Positions 26,975 to 36,716 of a DNA stretch of 64,000 bases are shown in pieces. The notes beneath the pieces are model-generated. The model ran no database searches and was not told where the DNA came from. It was given only the letters and a program-made list of their open reading frames with translations. The translations under genes and the position numbers were made by a program. Origin of the DNA: Bacteroidaceae bacterium (GTDB lineage Bacteria; Bacteroidota; Bacteroidia; Bacteroidales; Bacteroidaceae); the NCBI GenBank assembly GCA_045647885.1, contig JAZRMX010000026.1, positions 54,487 through 118,486 of the forward strand, in the 5' to 3' direction. Numbering within the stretch: the stretch's first letter is position 1; each line of letters begins with the position of its first letter.

Positions 26975-28417
26975 ATGAAAGCGTTATATAGAATAATAGC
27001 TGCAATGTTTATTTCGGTTATCATCGTTGCTTGCAACGATGATACCGATTTTTCTACCGATTATAATCACAGGCTCACCTTTTCAACCGATGTAATCAGT
27101 TTCGACACCGTTTTTTCAACCCTCTGTTCATCGCGCAGCGGTGCTATGGTGTATAATTTCAATGACAAGGGGCTGAGGATAATGTCGGTGGAACTTGCCG
27201 GTGGTAGTTCGTCGGGCTTCCGCGTGATGGTCGACGGGCAATTCGGCACTCTTATGCACGACCTTGAACTGCGTAGTAAGGATAGCTTGTATGTCTTTGC
27301 CGAAGTGGTGCCGCCACTGAATGGTGCCAACGAGCCGGTGATGCTCACCGACAAGCTGTACTTTACACTGGAGAGTGGTGTGCAGCAGGAGATAGAGCTT
27401 GTGGCTTATGGCCGCGATGCTGTGTTTATGCGTGCGGTAACAGTGCGCAGCGACTCGCTCATAAAGCGTGGGCATTATGTGGTGTATGACAGTCTTGTGG
27501 TTGCTCCTTCGGCTACACTTTCCATTGAACCTGGTACAACGCTTTACTTCCACGACGACGTACCTATGGTGGTACGTGGCAGCCTTTCGGCAGTTGGAGA
27601 GAAGGATAGTCCTATAATATTCCGTGGCGACAGAACCGATAATATTTTCAGCTATCTGCCTTACGACCGCTTGCCCGGCCAGTGGGATGGCGTGAAAATT
27701 GCCCCCACAAGCAATAGCAATGTGTTAGAGTATTGCGATATTCACAGCGCCAACTATGGTATAAAAGTGGAAGCGGGTGATGCTACCGCGCAACGTCTTG
27801 TTATGAATGCTTCGCGCCTGGAAAATTTCTACGGTAACGCGCTGGAACTTCTGCAGTCGCAGGCCGAAGTGACGAACACCCTTATTGCAAATGCCGGTGG
27901 CAATTGTGTGAAACTTGTAGGTGGCAATGCCAATTTCGTACATTGCACCATTGCCAATTTCTTTGTATTCAAGACACGCGATGCAGCCCTTGCTCTCTAT
28001 AATTACAATGGTGCAGAACCGGCTCCTTTGCGCGATGCAAGTTTTGTGAACTGTATAATTACGGGTTCGCAGAGCGACGAGGTCTATGGCTATTTTTCCG
28101 AGGATAGCGAGAGTAACTGCCGTTTTGTGAATTCGCTTGTAAACACGGTGGTGCCCGAGGGTGACGAGCGCTTTGTAAATGTGGTTGCCGATGTTGCCGA
28201 TGTCGCTCCTTTTGCCGACGGCCATTTCAATACCATTAACCACGATATCTATTATTACGATTTCCACCTTGCGGCAAATTCTGCGGCACGTTCTTTGGGT
28301 ACCGGCGATATACTGCTACACGAGTATTTGAAGTACGACAAGGATGGTAACCTGCGCGAGCCCGGCTGTGTGGATGTTGGTTGTTACCAATATGTTGAGC
28401 CCTTGCAAGGTGAATAG
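26975..28417 (+). CDS. lipoprotein with probable right-handed beta-helix region, unknown function
   Basis: Lipobox 'IIVACN'. Repetitive segments such as 'NSNVLEYCDIHSANYGIKVE', 'NASRLENFYGNALEL' and 'TNTLIANAGGNCVKL' are typical of parallel beta-helix repeats. Confidence 0.65.
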   Translation: MKALYRIIAAMFISVIIVACNDDTDFSTDYNHRLTFSTDVISFDTVFSTLCSSRSGAMVYNFNDKGLRIMSVELAGGSSSGFRVMVDGQFGTLMHDLELRSKDSLYVFAEVVPPLNGANEPVMLTDKLYFTLESGVQQEIELVAYGRDAVFMRAVTVRSDSLIKRGHYVVYDSLVVAPSATLSIEPGTTLYFHDDVPMVVRGSLSAVGEKDSPIIFRGDRTDNIFSYLPYDRLPGQWDGVKIAPTSNSNVLEYCDIHSANYGIKVEAGDATAQRLVMNASRLENFYGNALELLQSQAEVTNTLIANAGGNCVKLVGGNANFVHCTIANFFVFKTRDAALALYNYNGAEPAPLRDASFVNCIITGSQSDEVYGYFSEDSESNCRFVNSLVNTVVPEGDERFVNVVADVADVAPFADGHFNTINHDIYYYDFHLAANSAARSLGTGDILLHEYLKYDKDGNLREPGCVDVGCYQYVEPLQGE

Positions 28418-28436
28418 TGGGGGAACTTAATCATAC

Positions 28437-28469
28437 CAACAAAGGCTGTGCACTGCACAGCCTTTGTTG
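28437..28469. terminator. bidirectional hairpin between convergent genes
   Basis: CAACAAAGGCTGT-gcactgc-ACAGCCTTTGTTG. Confidence 0.7.
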
Positions 28470-28494
28470 TGATTATAGCTTTTATATGTTAGGA

Positions 28495-28968
28495 TTATTC
28501 GTGGTGGTAAGGTAGGTGGTTTATGATGGTGTATGCACGGTAGAGCTGTTCTACAAAGAGCAGGCGTATCATTTGGTGCGAGAAGGTCATTTTGGAGAGC
28601 GATAGCTTCTCGTGGGCAGCGTCGTAAACCTTTTGCGAGAAACCGTAGGGGCCGCCAACGATAAATACTAATCGCTTGGTGGAAATGTTCTGCTTGTGCT
28701 CTATCCATGCTGCGAATTCTGTAGAACGGTACTCCTTGCCGCCTTCGTCGAGCAGTACCACGCGGTCGCCTGCCTGCAGGCTTTTGAGTATGAGCTCGCC
28801 CTCCTGTTCTTTTTGCTGTGCCTCGCTCAGTTTACGGGCGTTCTTGAGCTCGGGTATTACTTCGGTATCGAATTGTGTGAAATGGCTCAAACGGCTGGTA
28901 TAGTCTTTTATGCCGGCTATTATGTTTGCATCGACTGTGCGGCCAACAACGAGGAGAGTGATTTTCAT
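28495..28968 (-). CDS. rlmH: 23S rRNA (pseudouridine1915-N3)-methyltransferase
   Basis: SPOUT-type 'FIVGGPYGFS'; 157 aa; conserved C-terminus 'NHLPYHHE'. Confidence 0.9.
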   Translation of the reverse strand: MKITLLVVGRTVDANIIAGIKDYTSRLSHFTQFDTEVIPELKNARKLSEAQQKEQEGELILKSLQAGDRVVLLDEGGKEYRSTEFAAWIEHKQNISTKRLVFIVGGPYGFSQKVYDAAHEKLSLSKMTFSHQMIRLLFVEQLYRAYTIINHLPYHHE

Positions 28969-28992
28969 ACTTGTTTTTTATCTTTATGGTTG

Positions 28993-29020
28993 CGAAGATA
29001 AGAAGATTTGTCTATCTTCG
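28993..29020. promoter_or_regulatory. back-to-back divergent -7-like boxes forming an inverted repeat (rlmH / nadC)
   Basis: GCGAAGATA-(12 nt)-TATCTTCGC. TATCTTCG occurs on each strand, 19 nt before the nadC ATG and 25 nt before the rlmH ATG. It departs from TAnnTTTG at one position. Confidence 0.4.
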
Positions 29021-29038
29021 CAAAAAATATCTTGTACT

Positions 29039-29890
29039 ATGAATATTAAAGACGAACTTATCGACAGACTTATCGACTTGTCATTTGCCGAGGATATCGG
29101 TGACGGAGACCATACTACACTTTCTTCAATCCCTGCCGACGCGATGGGAAAGAATATGTTGCTCATAAAAGAGGATGGCGTGCTTGCCGGAGTGGAGATG
29201 GCAAAGCGTATCTTTGCCCGTTTCGATGAGAGCCTCGAGGTGGAGGTGCTCATTGAGGATGGTGCCGAGGTGAAGAAGGGCGATATTGCAATGTATGTAA
29301 CTGGCAGCGTGCGCTCTTTGTTGCAGACCGAGCGTTTGATGCTGAACGTTATGCAGCGTATGAGCGGTATTGCTACTATGACCCGCAAGTACGTGAAGAG
29401 ACTCGAGGGTACAAACACCCGCGTGCTCGATACTCGCAAGACTACCCCCGGTATGCGTATTATGGAGAAGGAGGCTGTGCGCATTGGTGGTGGTGTGAAC
29501 CACCGTATCGGTCTTTTCGATATGATTCTTCTCAAGGATAACCACGTTGACTTTGCCGGTGGTATTAAAGAGGCTATCGTGCGTGCGCAGGAGTACTGCA
29601 AGGAGAAGGGTAAGGATCTTAAAATTGAGATTGAGGTGCGTAACTTCGACGAGTTGCAGCAGGTACTCGACCTTGGCGGTGTGCATCGTATTATGTTCGA
29701 TAACTTCGACACCGAAAAGACACGCAAGGCTGTGGAGATGGTTGCAGGGCGCTACGAGACAGAGTCGTCGGGCGGTATCACCTTTGACACATTGCGCGAC
29801 TATGCACTTTGCGGCGTAGACTACATCTCTGTGGGTGCGCTCACTCACTCGGTTATGGGTCTTGATATGAGCTTTAAGGCTGTGAAGTAA
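29039..29890 (+). CDS. nadC: nicotinate-nucleotide pyrophosphorylase (quinolinate phosphoribosyltransferase)
   Basis: 'EDIGDGDHTT', 'LDTRKTTPG' and 'LLKDNH'. The start is moved to ATG 29039, because the track start at 28910 would overlap rlmH. Confidence 0.9.
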   Translation: MNIKDELIDRLIDLSFAEDIGDGDHTTLSSIPADAMGKNMLLIKEDGVLAGVEMAKRIFARFDESLEVEVLIEDGAEVKKGDIAMYVTGSVRSLLQTERLMLNVMQRMSGIATMTRKYVKRLEGTNTRVLDTRKTTPGMRIMEKEAVRIGGGVNHRIGLFDMILLKDNHVDFAGGIKEAIVRAQEYCKEKGKDLKIEIEVRNFDELQQVLDLGGVHRIMFDNFDTEKTRKAVEMVAGRYETESSGGITFDTLRDYALCGVDYISVGALTHSVMGLDMSFKAVK

Positions 29891-29980
29891 AAGAATCTGT
29901 CGGTGTTTTAAGGCTGTATGTCGATTTTACTTTCGTGGATGTTATAAAAAATGTAACTTGCTGCTGAAATATTTGATAAA

Positions 29981-31222
29981 ATGAAATTAAGCAGAAGAAC
30001 CACGGAGTATTTGATATATTCTCTTTTTTGGGGAGCATTGATTCTTGTCCCTTTCTGGGGTATGAACAATGGCATAGCCGTGGAGACAATCGACTGGGAC
30101 AAGGCGCTTAAATATTGGACATATCTGTTGCCGGCGCTGGTTCTCTTCTTTATAAACAATAATGTATTAATGCCGTTCCTCCTTTATAAAAAAGGAGGGC
30201 GGCGTTATTTGTTGTATCTTATATGCCTGATAGCGTTGTTCTACTTCGGTTTTATCTCTGTTATGTCTATGGTGAGGAGCGAGAAACGCCCGCCTGTGGC
30301 AGAGATGCGGCTCGACTTAGGTATGCCACAACCGCCACCAATCGGGCGGCACAAGAAACCACCACTACAAGAAGCGTACGTCAAGTTACAAAAGATGCAA
30401 CATACTGTGCACGATTTTTTCACTGATAACTATTCGTACAGAATAAAGATGCCTCCGCACGGTGCTTTGGGCAGAAAAACCGCTCCCAATGCCTTTGTAT
30501 ACTCCGACAGCGTGCAGCTTCTGCTTGTAGTGTTTACTCTTATCTTTAATATCTGTGTACGCCTTTTCTTCCTTAATCTGCGTAATGAGGAGCATCTTAA
30601 GGAACTGGAAAAACAGAAACTGCGCACGGAACTTGAATATCTGAAGTACCAGATAAATCCTCACTTCTTTATGAACACGCTGAACAATATTCACGCGCTC
30701 ATAGACATTGACAAGAGGAAAGCACAGAATTCTGTCATTGAACTTTCAAAGATGATGCGTCACGTGCTGTATGATGCTCCGTCGTCGTTTGTTACGCTTG
30801 CCAAGGAGGTTGAGTTCCTGAACAGTTATATGGACCTTATGAGGTTGCGTTATACCGACTCTTTGAAAGTCGAGTGCTCTTTCCCCTGCAAAGTCGATGG
30901 GCACAGGATTCCTTCCCTGCTTTTTGTTTCGTTTGTGGAGAATGCTTTTAAGCACGGAGTGTCGTATAATGGTAAATCCTTTATAAAGGCGGTATTGAGT
31001 GTCGACGATAAATTCATTTCTTTCTTCTGCTCAAATTCCTGTGTGGCGCAGAGCGAGTCTGGGCTGCCTTCGCACCACTTGGGTATAGGTATTGATAATG
31101 TAAGGAAAAGGTTGTCGCTCATCTATGGCGAGGATTATAGCTTGGAAATTAAAAGAGATAAAAGTGAATTTTGTGTAATATTGAAAATTCCCGTGTCGAA
31201 TGATAAAATGTATATTGGTTGA
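29981..31222 (+). CDS. sensor histidine kinase, LytS/YehU (His_kinase PF06580-type)
   Basis: N-terminal TM segments. 'YQINPHFFMNTLNNI' H-box region and 'GIGIDNVRKRL' ATP-binding region. Confidence 0.85.
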   Translation: MKLSRRTTEYLIYSLFWGALILVPFWGMNNGIAVETIDWDKALKYWTYLLPALVLFFINNNVLMPFLLYKKGGRRYLLYLICLIALFYFGFISVMSMVRSEKRPPVAEMRLDLGMPQPPPIGRHKKPPLQEAYVKLQKMQHTVHDFFTDNYSYRIKMPPHGALGRKTAPNAFVYSDSVQLLLVVFTLIFNICVRLFFLNLRNEEHLKELEKQKLRTELEYLKYQINPHFFMNTLNNIHALIDIDKRKAQNSVIELSKMMRHVLYDAPSSFVTLAKEVEFLNSYMDLMRLRYTDSLKVECSFPCKVDGHRIPSLLFVSFVENAFKHGVSYNGKSFIKAVLSVDDKFISFFCSNSCVAQSESGLPSHHLGIGIDNVRKRLSLIYGEDYSLEIKRDKSEFCVILKIPVSNDKMYIG

Positions 31223-31940
31223 TGATGAGCCTTTAGCTCTTGTGCAGTTGCAGAAGTATGTTGAAAGAATCTCTTTCCTTGAGTGTGTGAGGGCTTGCAG
31301 CTCGGCTGCTGAAGCGATTGAGGCTATGGCAAGTTTTGATGTTGATGTGATGTTTGTGGATATAAATATGCCCGATATTGATGGGTTGCAGTTGGTGCGT
31401 TCCCTTTCAAATCCTCCTATGGTGGTGTTTACAACCGCCTATTCGGAGTATGCGATAGAGGGTTTCAAACTCGACGCCATTGACTATCTGCTGAAACCTT
31501 TCTCTTTCGAGAATTTTATGAAGGCGGTAAACAAGGTGCGCCAAATATACTCTTTGCGTAACAAGAAGAGCCCCGAGGTGGGAGAAGAGGGTGGCGTGTC
31601 GGACGATTGCCTATTCGTTAAAGCGGACTACCGTATCCTGCGCATTCCCATTGCCGATATAAAATATATAGAGAGTATGAGCGAGTATGTGAGGATTTAT
31701 GTCGAGGGAAGTGCAAAACCCATTGTCACGCTGGTGAGTATGAAAAAGATTGCGGAGTATCTGCCCACAGCAACCTTTATGCGCGTGCATCGCTCCTATA
31801 TAGTAAATCTTAACAGGGTTACCGAGGTGTCTCGTATGCGTATTGTTTACGATGGCGACGTATATGTACCCATAGGCGATATGTACAAGGATAATTTCCT
31901 TGAGTATATTGACAAACGTTTTATTGGCAAAAATAGTTGA
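31200..31940 (+). CDS. LytTR-family response regulator
   Basis: Receiver domain 'ILVDDEPLAL ... FVDINMPDIDG ... DYLLKP'. LytTR domain 'RVHRSYIVNL'. Overlaps the kinase gene by 23 nt. Confidence 0.9.
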   Translation: MIKCILVDDEPLALVQLQKYVERISFLECVRACSSAAEAIEAMASFDVDVMFVDINMPDIDGLQLVRSLSNPPMVVFTTAYSEYAIEGFKLDAIDYLLKPFSFENFMKAVNKVRQIYSLRNKKSPEVGEEGGVSDDCLFVKADYRILRIPIADIKYIESMSEYVRIYVEGSAKPIVTLVSMKKIAEYLPTATFMRVHRSYIVNLNRVTEVSRMRIVYDGDVYVPIGDMYKDNFLEYIDKRFIGKNS

Positions 31941-31966
31941 CGGAATATCTTTTTTTATTTAGTTTT

Positions 31967-32004
31967 GCAATGGTTGACCTTTTGTGTGAACCATTGCTTT
32001 TTTT
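31967..32004 (+). terminator. intrinsic terminator after the response regulator gene
   Basis: GCAATGGTT-(13 nt)-AACCATTGC followed by TTTTTTT. Confidence 0.75.
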
Positions 32005-32035
32005 ATTTGTTCCACTAATGTATAAAGAATGAGGT

Positions 32036-32503
32036 ATGAAGAATGAAGATTTTATGCGTCAAGCTATAGAGCTTGCGGTGGAGAATGTGAAATGTGGTGG
32101 TGGCCCTTTCGGCGCAGTTATTGTGCGCGACGGCAAGGTGGTGGCAACCGGTGTAAACAGGGTTACTGCAAACAACGACCCCACGGCACACGCCGAGGTG
32201 TCGGCCATCAGGGCTGCTTGTACAAAACTGGGAACTTTCGACTTGAGCGGTTGTGTAATTTATACCTCGTGTGAGCCTTGTCCCATGTGCTTGGGTGCCA
32301 TATACTGGGCGCATATAGATAAGATATATTATGGTGCCAACCAGCACGACGCGGCTGCTGTGAATTTCGACGACTCTTTCATTTATCGTGAATTAGAGCT
32401 TAAACCAGCCGACAGGAATAAGCCGGTGGAAAATATATTGCACGACGAGGCTCTTGCGCCATTTAATCTGTGGCGCGAAAAAGATGATAAGATAGCATAT
32501 TGA
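32036..32503 (+). CDS. guaD: guanine deaminase (CDA-fold, GuaD-type)
   Basis: 'GGPFGAVIV', 'DPTAHAEV', 'SCEPCPMCLGAIYWA' and 'FDDSFIY'. Nearly collinear with the B. subtilis GuaD sequence as I recall it. Confidence 0.8.
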   Translation: MKNEDFMRQAIELAVENVKCGGGPFGAVIVRDGKVVATGVNRVTANNDPTAHAEVSAIRAACTKLGTFDLSGCVIYTSCEPCPMCLGAIYWAHIDKIYYGANQHDAAAVNFDDSFIYRELELKPADRNKPVENILHDEALAPFNLWREKDDKIAY

Positions 32504-32553
32504 AATAAGCAGAAAGAGGTTGCCTTCAACGGCAACCTCTTTCTGCTTATTTC
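32503..32553. terminator. bidirectional 21-bp hairpin terminator
   Basis: AAATAAGCAGAAAGAGGTTGCC-ttcaac-GGCAACCTCTTTCTGCTTATTT. Overlaps the ybaN stop. Confidence 0.85.
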
Positions 32554-32906
32554 AATGTCTTGTAGTGCAGTATGTGTATGCTTATGCCTGTTGCAAGTAG
32601 GATAAAAAATATTTTCAGCCACCAGCTGTCGGCTATTGCAAAGGTGCAGTAGAGTAAAGTACCCCACACCAGGCTCACCGATATTATTTTTACTCTTAAA
32701 GGTATTGCTCTGTTCTCGCGGAAATTGCGGATGTAGGGACCTAAATGAGGGTGCGCAAGCAGCCAATTATATAATTCTTGTGAGCTGTGGAAGTACAATG
32801 CCGCTGCCAAAAGAAGAAAAGGGGTAGTGGGCAGTAATGGTAGAAAAATACCTATTACACCCAGCGCGAGCGATACTGTTCCTAAAAATGCAAGAAAATA
32901 CTTCAT
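32547..32906 (-). CDS. ybaN: DUF454 inner-membrane protein YbaN
   Basis: 'GIFLPLLPTTPFLLLAAALY' and 'LRVKIISV'; 119 aa. Confidence 0.85.
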   Translation of the reverse strand: MKYFLAFLGTVSLALGVIGIFLPLLPTTPFLLLAAALYFHSSQELYNWLLAHPHLGPYIRNFRENRAIPLRVKIISVSLVWGTLLYCTFAIADSWWLKIFFILLATGISIHILHYKTLK

Positions 32907-33069
32907 TGTTATTCACGAAAAACTGCGCGAAGTTATCAATTTTATTCTTATTACACGCATAAAAAGGTTGTGTGGCTTTAAAAAAAAGGTTGTTTTTTTT
33001 ATTTTTTGAAAAAAAGTTGTACCTTGCAGGTGTTTAAGAAAAATTTATTAACTGTAAAATAATACCAAT

Positions 33070-33561
33070 ATGAAACGAACAATCTTGATGGTGCTGTTTG
33101 CTTTTGTAGCAAGTTTAGCGTATGTTTCTGCACAAGAGAATATTGACAAGGATATTTATGGCTTGTGGCAGTTTGCCGAAGAACGTGTAGCACCCGATGG
33201 TACGGTGCAGTATATTGGCAAGCCCATATTCAAAAGCATAAATAAGGATAACACCTATTTTGCAATGGTGAGCATTACTTTTGACATTGCAGGCAGCGGT
33301 AAGGAGAAACCCTATTCTGTTACCGAGACTTATGTTACACAGCGCGGTGATATTGAGTTTTCCGGCAAGGGAAGCTATATGGAGTATATAGACCAGCATT
33401 ATACTAACCCCGGTTTGACAAACACCATTTCGAGCCTTAAATATGAATTCAAGGACGAGAACAAGAATGTAATGTATGTGGAGTACCTCACTGCCAATAA
33501 TAATGATACTTGGTTTGGCGAAACCTGGATAAAGGTACAACCTTTCGGAGCAACGAAGTGA
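33070..33561 (+). CDS. secreted protein, lipocalin-like (DUF4488-like?), unknown function
   Basis: Signal peptide 'MVLFAFVASLAYVSAQE' and 'GLWQF' near the N-terminus. Confidence 0.6.
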   Translation: MKRTILMVLFAFVASLAYVSAQENIDKDIYGLWQFAEERVAPDGTVQYIGKPIFKSINKDNTYFAMVSITFDIAGSGKEKPYSVTETYVTQRGDIEFSGKGSYMEYIDQHYTNPGLTNTISSLKYEFKDENKNVMYVEYLTANNNDTWFGETWIKVQPFGATK

Positions 33562-33575
33562 TTTTAAATATTTAT

Positions 33576-33618
33576 AAAGCAATAGAGGACTAACCCACGG
33601 TTAGTCCTCTATTGCTTT
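33576..33618. terminator. bidirectional hairpin; left edge of the phage-like block
   Basis: AAAGCAATAGAGGACTAACC-cacg-GTTAGTCCTCTATTGCTTT. Overlaps the terminase stop. Confidence 0.8.
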
Positions 33619-35698
33619 ATATGCTTGCCTCGCTCACAATTCGTGTGCGACCCTTCTTCTTTTCATTGTTTGCTATGCGATGAGGGAGAGGGTGGTTGTA
33701 GCATGCCCAAACAAGTATGGCTGTTGCCATAACGCGGTCGTCGTGGTTCCCTTCTACGGCTCCCATTTCTTTGCCGTTCTCTTTGAGCTCATAGAGGTCG
33801 AGCTCGTATGTTGTCTGCAGGCAGCGTTCTATATACAGCCCGTCGCGCAGGGCCTTTATAAGGAAATTTATTACCATCGGCTTGGTGGAGCTGTTGGTGT
33901 GAAAGCCCCACCGGCGTGGGCGGCCTTGCTTTATCTCGAGCTGTGAGGTGCGGCTGTAGAGGTTATGGTATTTGCCGGCTATTTCGTTTAGTATGTATTC
34001 GAAATTGTCGCCTTCTGTGCCTTCGGTCTCCAGCGTGTTGGCTTCAATTATAAGCAGGGCGTTGTCGTAGGCGCGGGCTATTTCCACCGCTTTCCAGGCT
34101 AGTTTGTCGTGTTCTATGTGTCCGTGCCAGCAGGCTGCAATTTCGGGTACTCCGCCGTCGAGCATTGCAAGGCGGTCGGCTACTAGTATGCAGGAGTAGT
34201 CGGCTTTGTCGCTCACGCCGCCCACGTCCACGGTTACAATGTAACGGTCGCGCAGGTTTTGTTCCTTGTCGGGCATAAGCCACACCCATAGGGAATTTTC
34301 GTTGCAGTTTTCTCCTGGTGCAGCAGGGCGGAATTCGGTGCGCTCGTGGCTGCGTCCTTGCGCATCGGTTGTGTACCCGCAGCTTACTATGTCGCCTTTG
34401 AAGGGTGGTGGCACGCAAGTGCGGCGCGTTTCATTGACGTATGAGAGGCGGAAGACGCGGTGTCCCGTGCTCTGGAAGGCTTCGGCGGCGGTGGAGGGGA
34501 ATTCCGAGAAGAGTCGCCACTCCTCTGGCATTTCGCGGCGTTTGTCACGGTACCAGGCTATAGCTTCAAGGGTTGCTCCAAGGCCGAACAGTTGCTTTTC
34601 GTAGTCGTTAAGAGAGTCTATGAAACTGCTGTATTCGCTTTGCTTTATGGGCTTGCTGTAGAGGTCTATGCTGTACCACGGGATGAATACCGGGGTAAAG
34701 TTGTTCCTGTTCTCAACTGCGTCTATCCAGGTGCGGTGGAAAAAGTTACCCACGCCTTTTGCTGTGGATTCAAGCACCTTCATCGTGTAAGGACCTGCGG
34801 CAATGGAGCCGAAGATGGATTGTACAAGGTCTTCGGGTTTGCGTCCTTGTGTCTCCTTCCACAAACCCACTTCGGTGAGGTGTGCCATACTGATGTCTTC
34901 GCTTCGCAGTGAGTCGGGCTTTTGTGAGGAACCGAGAGAGTAACGGCTGTTGCTCCAGCTTATCACGCGCGTTTTTTGTGCCCCTTGATAGGGCGAAGTG
35001 GTTATCTTCTTTCCGCCTGTGGCCCAGGTGGGGTAGCGGTTGATGACCTTTGCAAGCATTCCGGCTACGATGGAGGATTGTTTCTCTATGTCGCCGCAGA
35101 TAACGCTGTTCCAGTTGCGCTTGTGTACGAGTTGTATCCACAACATATAGAGCTGTGTGAGGGTGCTGCCTCCCCATTGACGGGCTTTGCACAGAATTAT
35201 GTCTATGGGCTTGCCTGCGAGTCGGAGTTTTTCCATAGCTTCGAGGTATTGGCGTTGCGCGCGGTTAAGGGTAAATGGAATGTCGCGCCCTTTACCTTTG
35301 TCTGATATCGTGGTCATACTCTTTGCCCAGTATTCAAAATCGTGCTTTATGCGAGTGAGGCAGAAGTCGAGCCACAAGGCCAATATCTGTCGGCTTGTGG
35401 CCTGTGTGCCCAATATCTCTTCTATGTATCGGCTGGCTCCAAGTTCTATTATCCTGCTTGTCTTCTCATCCTCAAGCATTGCGAGGGGGAGATTGATGCT
35501 TTCGAGTGGGAAGCCCTCTATTTCCACCTTCTTGCGCGGGAGTGATGTGGAGCCTTCGCCAGTGATGGGATTATAAACGGCCGAGATTTTTCCCAGCCGT
35601 TCAATGTTCTCTTTTATTATGTTCTCTTTTTTCACGTTATATGCCTGCAAGGTCGGTGGCGCGGCGGCGCACCGGTGTGTTGTTGTAGAATTTTGCAA
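33617..35698 (-). CDS. terminase large subunit
   Basis: ATPase region 'ILCKARQWGGSTLTQ' with downstream 'VICGD'. C-terminal RNase-H-like nuclease acidic motifs 'IVTVDVGGVSDKAD', 'LIIEANT' and 'GNHDDRVMA'. ATG 35698 overlaps the upstream gene by 62 nt. GTG 35635 is an alternative start, one nt after that gene's stop. Confidence 0.8.
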   Translation of the reverse strand: MQNSTTTHRCAAAPPTLQAYNVKKENIIKENIERLGKISAVYNPITGEGSTSLPRKKVEIEGFPLESINLPLAMLEDEKTSRIIELGASRYIEEILGTQATSRQILALWLDFCLTRIKHDFEYWAKSMTTISDKGKGRDIPFTLNRAQRQYLEAMEKLRLAGKPIDIILCKARQWGGSTLTQLYMLWIQLVHKRNWNSVICGDIEKQSSIVAGMLAKVINRYPTWATGGKKITTSPYQGAQKTRVISWSNSRYSLGSSQKPDSLRSEDISMAHLTEVGLWKETQGRKPEDLVQSIFGSIAAGPYTMKVLESTAKGVGNFFHRTWIDAVENRNNFTPVFIPWYSIDLYSKPIKQSEYSSFIDSLNDYEKQLFGLGATLEAIAWYRDKRREMPEEWRLFSEFPSTAAEAFQSTGHRVFRLSYVNETRRTCVPPPFKGDIVSCGYTTDAQGRSHERTEFRPAAPGENCNENSLWVWLMPDKEQNLRDRYIVTVDVGGVSDKADYSCILVADRLAMLDGGVPEIAACWHGHIEHDKLAWKAVEIARAYDNALLIIEANTLETEGTEGDNFEYILNEIAGKYHNLYSRTSQLEIKQGRPRRWGFHTNSSTKPMVINFLIKALRDGLYIERCLQTTYELDLYELKENGKEMGAVEGNHDDRVMATAILVWACYNHPLPHRIANNEKKKGRTRIVSEASI

Positions 35699-36113
35699 AT
35701 ATCTGCCGTATGTTCTCGGAAAGGCTATGCTTTGTTGCCATTTGCGGCTGCGCCAGCATTGGCTGGCGCAGTAAAAGCCATTGCATTATTATTTCGTTTG
35801 CAAGATAGTCTGTTATTGCCTGCTTGAGCGACGGCAACAGGTGCGAACGTTTTTCATTGGTGGTTTCAAAGGTTATTTGAATCTCCTCCTCTGTAATGTT
35901 GTATGATATATTTGAAAAACGGAGTGCAACAGCAGATGTGAGTTCATTCAATACTCTTTGTGTGAACATAACGAACAATTCTTTTTCATTGGTGCTGCTT
36001 TGCAGTATATCGGCGTCGGCATCTTTACGTTTGGCCGCTTCGCCCAGATAATGGTTTCTTAAATCTATCTGCTGTTGCAACTCGTTTCTCTTTATATGTA
36101 TGCAGTTTGTCAT
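35637..36113 (-). CDS. phage-block paralog family member A (158 aa), possibly head-completion/connector-like
   Basis: Aligns by eye with 36142..36627 and 45126..45542. Shared features are an N-terminal 'YLGEAAK'-type segment, 'D/E-rich ... L...A..EL.N' and C-terminal 'DYLANEIIMQWLL'. Confidence 0.65.
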   Translation of the reverse strand: MTNCIHIKRNELQQQIDLRNHYLGEAAKRKDADADILQSSTNEKELFVMFTQRVLNELTSAVALRFSNISYNITEEEIQITFETTNEKRSHLLPSLKQAITDYLANEIIMQWLLLRQPMLAQPQMATKHSLSENIRQIFAKFYNNTPVRRRATDLAGI

Positions 36114-36141
36114 TTTATTACAGTTCTGTTTGTGTGTTTCT

Positions 36142-36627
36142 TCAGAGTATTATTTCAGGTCTTTGGCGCATAGTCAGGAACTCGCGCAATTGCAGGGCTG
36201 CAGCCTGTGCTTCACTTGCCGGTATAGCCGCCTCTTCGGGGCGGTGCTGCAGCAACCATTGTTGCAGAGCGCGTTTCACAGCATATGTTTCCATACATTT
36301 CTCTATACGTGTTAGTATAGCCTGGGGAAACGTATCTGGTGCAGAGAGTGTGAAAAGGTATATCTTATAATTGTCTTTTGTATTGCTCTCTGGTATTTCT
36401 TCAATGTTGCATATAGCCAAATAGCGTGATATAAGGTTGCCCAGTTCTGTTATAGCGTTCCCTATGTGGTCGTTGAGCTGGGTACTGTCGTCGCTCGATG
36501 CTTGCATCTTCGCAGCGAGCCTTTCGGGTACTCCAATCTCCTTGCGTGCTTCGCCGGTGTAGTAGGTGTAAATAAGTATCCGCTGTTCAATGTTCCTGTG
36601 CAGTACTTTAATGTTTATCTGTTTCAT
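36142..36627 (-). CDS. phage-block paralog family member B (161 aa)
   Basis: 'YYTGEARK', 'SSDDSTQLNDHIGNAITELGNLIS' and 'ETYAVKRALQQWLL'. Confidence 0.65.
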   Translation of the reverse strand: MKQINIKVLHRNIEQRILIYTYYTGEARKEIGVPERLAAKMQASSDDSTQLNDHIGNAITELGNLISRYLAICNIEEIPESNTKDNYKIYLFTLSAPDTFPQAILTRIEKCMETYAVKRALQQWLLQHRPEEAAIPASEAQAAALQLREFLTMRQRPEIIL

Positions 36628-36716
36628 ACTCTTTTTTGTGCGAAAATAGTTCTGTTAGTCCACTTGCAGGTTGTTATTCCGACACTTTGTTAAGTTTTGT
36701 GGCTTTTTTACATATA

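Noticed and set aside
28910-29038. Upstream extension of the nadC ORF overlapping rlmH
   Set aside because: It would overlap the rlmH 5' end and the divergent promoter palindrome. The conserved nadC N-terminus begins at ATG 29039.
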